From positions 37,374-101,373 of the forward strand of contig JBMFSH010000009.1 in NCBI GenBank assembly GCA_049967655.1: 64,000 bases of DNA, read 5' to 3'. Made by a program: the position numbers and the translations under genes. The stretch's first letter is position 1. Every line of letters begins with the position of its first letter. This DNA comes from Acidobacteriota bacterium. Its GTDB lineage: Bacteria > Acidobacteriota > UBA4820 > DSQY01. The notes beneath the pieces were generated by a model. The model was given only the letters and a program-made list of their open reading frames with translations, was not told the origin of the DNA and ran no database searches. Positions 59,702-64,000 of this stretch are shown here, one piece after another.

Positions 59702-60784
59702 TCAACGGCCCGAATCGACGACGGATTGGCCCTCCGGCGCCAGGACCTCCTTCAAGCTATCGAAAACCTCTTGGGCCCCGATGGCCCCCATGCAGGAGCG
59801 ATGATCGCAGCCCGGCCCCGAGCAGGGCGTATGGATTCCGGGACGGTAGACGACCTTCGCCCTCCGGCCCCATGGCTCGTTGAGCACCGGATCCGTGGGC
59901 CCCAGCAGAGCCACCGTGGGCACCCCCATGAGCGCCGCCAGGTGCATGGCGCCCGTGTCCGCCCCCACGAATGCGGCCGAGCTCCTGATGCACTCCAGCA
60001 GCTGGGGGAGAGACCAGGTGGGGACGACGTGCAGGTACTCCCGCGAAGGCAGCGCGGCCACCTGCTGCGCCTCATCCGGACCCCATCCCACCACGGTCGG
60101 AAGGTGCATGCCCTCCCAAACCAGGGAGGCCAGCTCCAGAAACCGCTCCAGCGGCCAGCGCTTGTAAGCCTGGGCTCGGCTCGTCCCTATAAAGGCGAAT
60201 AGAAAGCTCCGGGGCGCCAGTCCTCGTCCTTCCAGAAACCGCCCCACCTCCGCCCGGTCGCCCTCCCGCACCAGGGGCGAGAGATAACCCCCCGCCGGCC
60301 CCGGAAGGCCCAGTGCCGCCATGGCCCCAGCGTAGCGCGCATAGCGGGAGATGCGGGGCGTCGCGCCGCAGGTCAGGGGCACATCGTAGAGGAGATGGCT
60401 GCCCTCTTTTCCGAAGCCGCGGGCGTAGCCGGCCGTGCGGGCAGCCCCCGAGACCTGTCCCAGGAGGGCGGACCGCAGGATGCCGTGCAGGTCCACGGAC
60501 CAGTCGTAGCCGGCCGCCCTGAGGTCCGTGAGGTAGGAGCCCATGGCGCGGGCCCACGCCAGGGGCCCATAGCCCAGTCCCCCATTGCGCCGCGGGTAGG
60601 CTGCCACCCGGTCCACCACGGGAAAGAGCTCCAGCAGCGGCGCGAAGCGATCCTCCACGGCGAGGTCCAGCCGCGCCAGGTGTCCGCTAACCCTCAGCGA
60701 ATGGAGGCACGGCAAGAGCCTGGCCACATCGCCCAGGGAGGAGAGCCGGATCACGAGCAGGCGGGATCCCCGTTCCACCACCAT
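59702..60784 (-). CDS. Glycosyltransferase family 9 (LPS heptosyltransferase-like)
   Basis: IRLSSLGDV, KRWP, VGADTGAMHLAA..GVPTVALLGPT. Confidence 0.92.
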   Translation of the reverse strand: MVVERGSRLLVIRLSSLGDVARLLPCLHSLRVSGHLARLDLAVEDRFAPLLELFPVVDRVAAYPRRNGGLGYGPLAWARAMGSYLTDLRAAGYDWSVDLHGILRSALLGQVSGAARTAGYARGFGKEGSHLLYDVPLTCGATPRISRYARYAGAMAALGLPGPAGGYLSPLVREGDRAEVGRFLEGRGLAPRSFLFAFIGTSRAQAYKRWPLERFLELASLVWEGMHLPTVVGWGPDEAQQVAALPSREYLHVVPTWSLPQLLECIRSSAAFVGADTGAMHLAALMGVPTVALLGPTDPVLNEPWGRRAKVVYRPGIHTPCSGPGCDHRSCMGAIGAQEVFDSLKEVLAPEGQSVVDSGR

Positions 60785-60814
60785 AGCCGTAAAGGATAGC
60801 ACGGCCCCTTTTCC

Positions 60815-60844
60815 TTGACAGCAGAGAGCCTCCGCCAAAATAAT
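60815..60844 (+). promoter_or_regulatory. Putative sigma70 promoter
   Basis: TTGACA, 18 bp, AATAAT; upstream of the GGAGGT RBS. Confidence 0.45.
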
Positions 60845-60864
60845 AGCCGGTGCGGGAGGTCCGA

Positions 60865-62682
60865 ATGGTCCAGGCTGCGAGATCGCTCAAGGTCGGCGAA
60901 CTGCTGACGATTCTGGGGGAGATTTATCAGGGCAAGGAGACGGGGACCCTCGTGCTTCAGAGGGATGCGATCAGCAAATTCCTGTACGCCCAGGACGGGC
61001 AGATCATCTTCGCCGCCTCCAATGCCCCGGAGGACAAGTTCACGCAGATCCTCATCGACAAGGGCAAGCTCTCCGAGGAGCAGCTCGAGCTCGCCACCGA
61101 AAAGAAGGAGGGCCGAACCATCGGCAGGACGCTGGTGGAGCTCGGGTTCCTGGCCTCCGAAGACCTCCTGGACGCTCTCGTCGAGCAGATGCGTCGCGTG
61201 GCCTCCTCCGCGGCCGCCTGGGAGAGCGGCACGTCGGTCTTCAAGCCGGGGGTGCTCCCACCGAATCTCGCCAGGCTCCCGGTTTCGACCCCGCGTTTCA
61301 TCGTGGACACGGCCCTGTCGATTCCGAGCCGCGAATGGGTCTCGCAGGGACTCGGGCAGCTGTCGGCCACGCTCCAGATGAGCCCGGCGGAGAGGGAGGC
61401 CGCGGCGGGGATCCTTCCCACACCCGCCGAGCTCCACATCCTGGAGCAGGTGGACGGCAGGCGCAGCGCCCGCGAGGTGTGCGACGCGGCCAACGTGGAC
61501 CTCTTCACCGGCGCCCGTTTCCTCATGGGCCTCGCCTGCCTGGGTCTCCTGCACATCCAGCAAGCCATAGCGCCCACGCCGAAGGGCAAAGCACCGGTGG
61601 AAACGATGGACCTCTCCTTCCTGGAGTCCATGGACGAAGGGGCCGCGGCAGAGCCGCCAGGGGCTCCCGACGGACAGCCCGTCCAGCCGCCCGCTCCGCC
61701 CGATGAAGAGAGGGCAGCGCTTTTCCAGCCTCTCCCCTTTGAATCTTCGCCCCCCCCTGCCGGACCGGGCCGCCCGCGGGAGGAGGCCTTCGCCGTGCCG
61801 GCGCCCCCGGCGGAAATAGAACCCCAGACGGCCGCGAATTGGGCCGTTCCCCCGCTCCAGTCCGCGGGGACCGCCCCGACCCCGCCAGCCATGGACTCCC
61901 TGATCTTCAACGCCGCCCCCAGACGGCGGAAAAATAGGCGCTGGCTCTGGATCGCGGCGGCCGTGGTGGTGGTCCTCCTGGCCGGCGCGTCCGTTTGGTA
62001 CGCCTTCTTCTTTTCAGCTGGCGGCGAATACGTGGCCATGCAGCCCGAGGTGTCCCCCACCAAGACGCGGCGCCCCCGGCCTGCGACTCCCCAGCCTCCA
62101 CCCCTCAGCCAGCCGGCGGCTCCGTCGCCCGCGAAGGGCTCCGGGGCCGCCAGCGCGGAGAGTCCGGCTGCGGCGCCCGTCACGAAGCCCGCCCCAGCCC
62201 CCGTCACCTCAGGGACAAAGGGCGAGGCCTCGCGGGCCGAAGCGCCGAAGCCGGCGCCCGTGGCCCCAGCGGCTCGGCCGGCGATCCCCAAGCCGAGTCC
62301 CCCGGCCGAAAAAACGGCCCCGCCGATCTCCTCTCCAGCCAGCCTGCAACAAGCCCGGAAACTGCTGAAGGAGGGGCGGTTCCCCGAGGCGGCCCAGGCC
62401 TTCCAAAGGGCGCTGGCCCCCGTTCGGGGCGGCTACACGATCCAGGTCGAGGTGGCCTGTCAGCCCGAGACGATCCAGAAGGGGTTGGCGGCGGCCGGTT
62501 CCAGCGACGACTATCGCATCCTGCCCTACGACTTGCACGGACGCTCTTGCTTTGAGGTGATTTGGGGCCATTACCCCGACCGCGAGTCGGCGGATGCGGC
62601 CCTGAAAGCCATGCCCTCCTTTTTCCTCCAGGCCTCCTCTCCACGGGTGGCCCCGTGGGACCAGGCCAAGGGCTCGCGGTAA
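60865..62682 (+). CDS. DUF4388/MshEN-like, TM, Pro-rich, SPOR-like multidomain protein
   Basis: ETGTLVL...DGQIIFAASN, ILIDKGKLSEEQL..IGRTLVELGFL, single TM segment, YTIQV..EVIWGHYPDRESA. Confidence 0.78.
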   Translation: MVQAARSLKVGELLTILGEIYQGKETGTLVLQRDAISKFLYAQDGQIIFAASNAPEDKFTQILIDKGKLSEEQLELATEKKEGRTIGRTLVELGFLASEDLLDALVEQMRRVASSAAAWESGTSVFKPGVLPPNLARLPVSTPRFIVDTALSIPSREWVSQGLGQLSATLQMSPAEREAAAGILPTPAELHILEQVDGRRSAREVCDAANVDLFTGARFLMGLACLGLLHIQQAIAPTPKGKAPVETMDLSFLESMDEGAAAEPPGAPDGQPVQPPAPPDEERAALFQPLPFESSPPPAGPGRPREEAFAVPAPPAEIEPQTAANWAVPPLQSAGTAPTPPAMDSLIFNAAPRRRKNRRWLWIAAAVVVVLLAGASVWYAFFFSAGGEYVAMQPEVSPTKTRRPRPATPQPPPLSQPAAPSPAKGSGAASAESPAAAPVTKPAPAPVTSGTKGEASRAEAPKPAPVAPAARPAIPKPSPPAEKTAPPISSPASLQQARKLLKEGRFPEAAQAFQRALAPVRGGYTIQVEVACQPETIQKGLAAAGSSDDYRILPYDLHGRSCFEVIWGHYPDRESADAALKAMPSFFLQASSPRVAPWDQAKGSR

Positions 62683-62688
62683 GCCGCC

Positions 62689-63123
62689 GTGACCTGGTTC
62701 CTCGACGGCAACAACCTCATGGGATTCCTCCGGCGCGACGCGGAAAAGGGCAGCCGGGAGTCGTTCCTGGAATGGTTGCTGGAGAGAGGAGTCCCCTCCC
62801 CTTCGGTCGTGGTCTTTGACGGCCCTCCCCCGCCCGAGGCCGCCGCGCACACACTCCGGCGCGGCAAGGTGTGGGTCCTCTACGCGGGAAAGGCCACGGC
62901 GGATTCCGCCATCCTGGCGAGGGTGCTCCCTGGCGACCGGGTGGTGACGGCCGATCGAGAGCTGGCTCTCCGCTGCCGCGACCGGCGGGCTCAGATCGTC
63001 GCTCCCGGCCGGTTCTTCGCCTCCATGAGGCCTGGCCGTGTGGAGGGCGGCGAGAAGCCCTCGGCGACGGCCGTGGACGTGGACGCCTGGCTACAATTCT
63101 TCCGGCGTGATGCCGAGGAGTAG
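62689..63123 (+). CDS. NYN/PIN-domain protein (YacP-like)
   Basis: LDGNNL, VVFDG, TAD..I, VVTADRELA. Confidence 0.82.
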   Translation: MTWFLDGNNLMGFLRRDAEKGSRESFLEWLLERGVPSPSVVVFDGPPPPEAAAHTLRRGKVWVLYAGKATADSAILARVLPGDRVVTADRELALRCRDRRAQIVAPGRFFASMRPGRVEGGEKPSATAVDVDAWLQFFRRDAEE

Positions 63124-63246
63124 CGGCGCCCTGGCCCCCATGTCCCCGCCCGGCCACCGCCCCATCTCGGCCCTCCACTCTCCACCAGTTCGCCTTGTCC
63201 GGCCTCGGCCGCGCGTTCTATACTGCCCCTCCCTGGAGGTGAAGCG

Positions 63247-63840
63247 GTGCAGGTCCCCGAGGAGCTCATCGATCGGCTGAAGAGGAAGGACCCCGCAGCC
63301 TACGAGGAGTTCCTGTCCCTCTACGGCAAGCAGCTGCTCAGCTTCGGCTTCCGCATGTGCGGCGACACCGAGGACGCCCGGGAGGTCGTGCAGGAGACGC
63401 TCCTGAAGACCTTCGAATCCATCGGCGACCTCAAGCAGAGCGGGGCCTTCAAGGGATGGCTCTACCGCATCGCCACCAACGCCTGTCTCATGCGCCGCCG
63501 GCAATCCAAGTTCCTCAAGGAGGAGATCACCCTGGACGAGGCCCTGCCCGGCCCCGCCCGTGCCGACACCCCCTGGCAGAGGCTTCCCGACGAGGTGGTG
63601 CTGGGCGGGGAGGTGAAGGAGAAGATCCGGGAGGCGATTCTTAGCCTGCCGGACGCCTACCGGTCGGTACTGGTCCTTCGGGATCTGGAGGGGCTGGATA
63701 CCCAGGAGGCGGCGGCAGCGCTTTCGCTCAGCAAGGACGTGGTGAAGATGCGCCTGCACAGGGCCAGGGCCAAGATCCGCAACGACCTGGAGGCCTACTT
63801 CCAAAATGGGTCCGCCAGGTTGGATGATGGATCAATATAA
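63247..63840 (+). CDS. ECF RNA polymerase sigma factor
   Basis: DAREVVQETL, FKGWLYRIATN, LP..YR.VLVLRDLEGL, VKMRLHRAR. GGAGG RBS. Confidence 0.94.
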   Translation: MQVPEELIDRLKRKDPAAYEEFLSLYGKQLLSFGFRMCGDTEDAREVVQETLLKTFESIGDLKQSGAFKGWLYRIATNACLMRRRQSKFLKEEITLDEALPGPARADTPWQRLPDEVVLGGEVKEKIREAILSLPDAYRSVLVLRDLEGLDTQEAAAALSLSKDVVKMRLHRARAKIRNDLEAYFQNGSARLDDGSI

Positions 63841-64000
63841 TTTCAGCTTACGATTGAGCAGTTCGCTTCTCGCTTTTCGCTGCAAGCGAAAAGCGGCGTC
63901 CCGGCGCCGATGGGCCTCATGCGAGATGGCAGCACCCTCTCCTCATCGCACCCCATACTGCACGGCCCCCCCTCAGCGGGGCCACCCGAAGTGCGGATAG

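Overview
GC-rich bacterial chromosomal window, densely coding and mostly housekeeping. The gene set (LptE, GT9, PilT, MshEN/DUF4388 proteins, 4-subunit 2-oxoacid:ferredoxin oxidoreductase, HEAT-containing Che cluster) suggests a diderm, probably anaerobic or facultative organism of Acidobacteriota/deltaproteobacterial type; this is inference only. It contains about 58 CDS and one tRNA-Leu(GAG). Recognisable genes include leuS-lptE, an opp-type ABC module followed by holA, sucCD, korDABC-ndk, a CheW-HEAT-CheR-CheB-GAF-CheY cluster with no CheA/MCP, truA, ftsY-ribD-ribE-ribBA, secG, ilvE-pilT-recX-alaS, hemE-hemN-hemH-hemY, tatD and an ECF sigma factor. No CRISPR, integrase, transposase or prophage gene was seen. 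The most striking item is a receiver-domain/asparaginase fusion (6337-7974) in which the catalytic segments are permuted: HGTDT precedes TGGTI/DSSNM. Other leads are a VTE6-like DUF92 plus HPT-like UbiA gene pair, a candidate two-hairpin sRNA (about 58735-58820), GTAG-type REP/REPIN elements with a linked AAATT-N9-AATTT motif, heptamer/octamer tandem repeats (one apparently translated in HemH), and several likely c-di-GMP receptor or pilus-related proteins with odd architectures. All calls come from motif recognition by eye; no database search was run.
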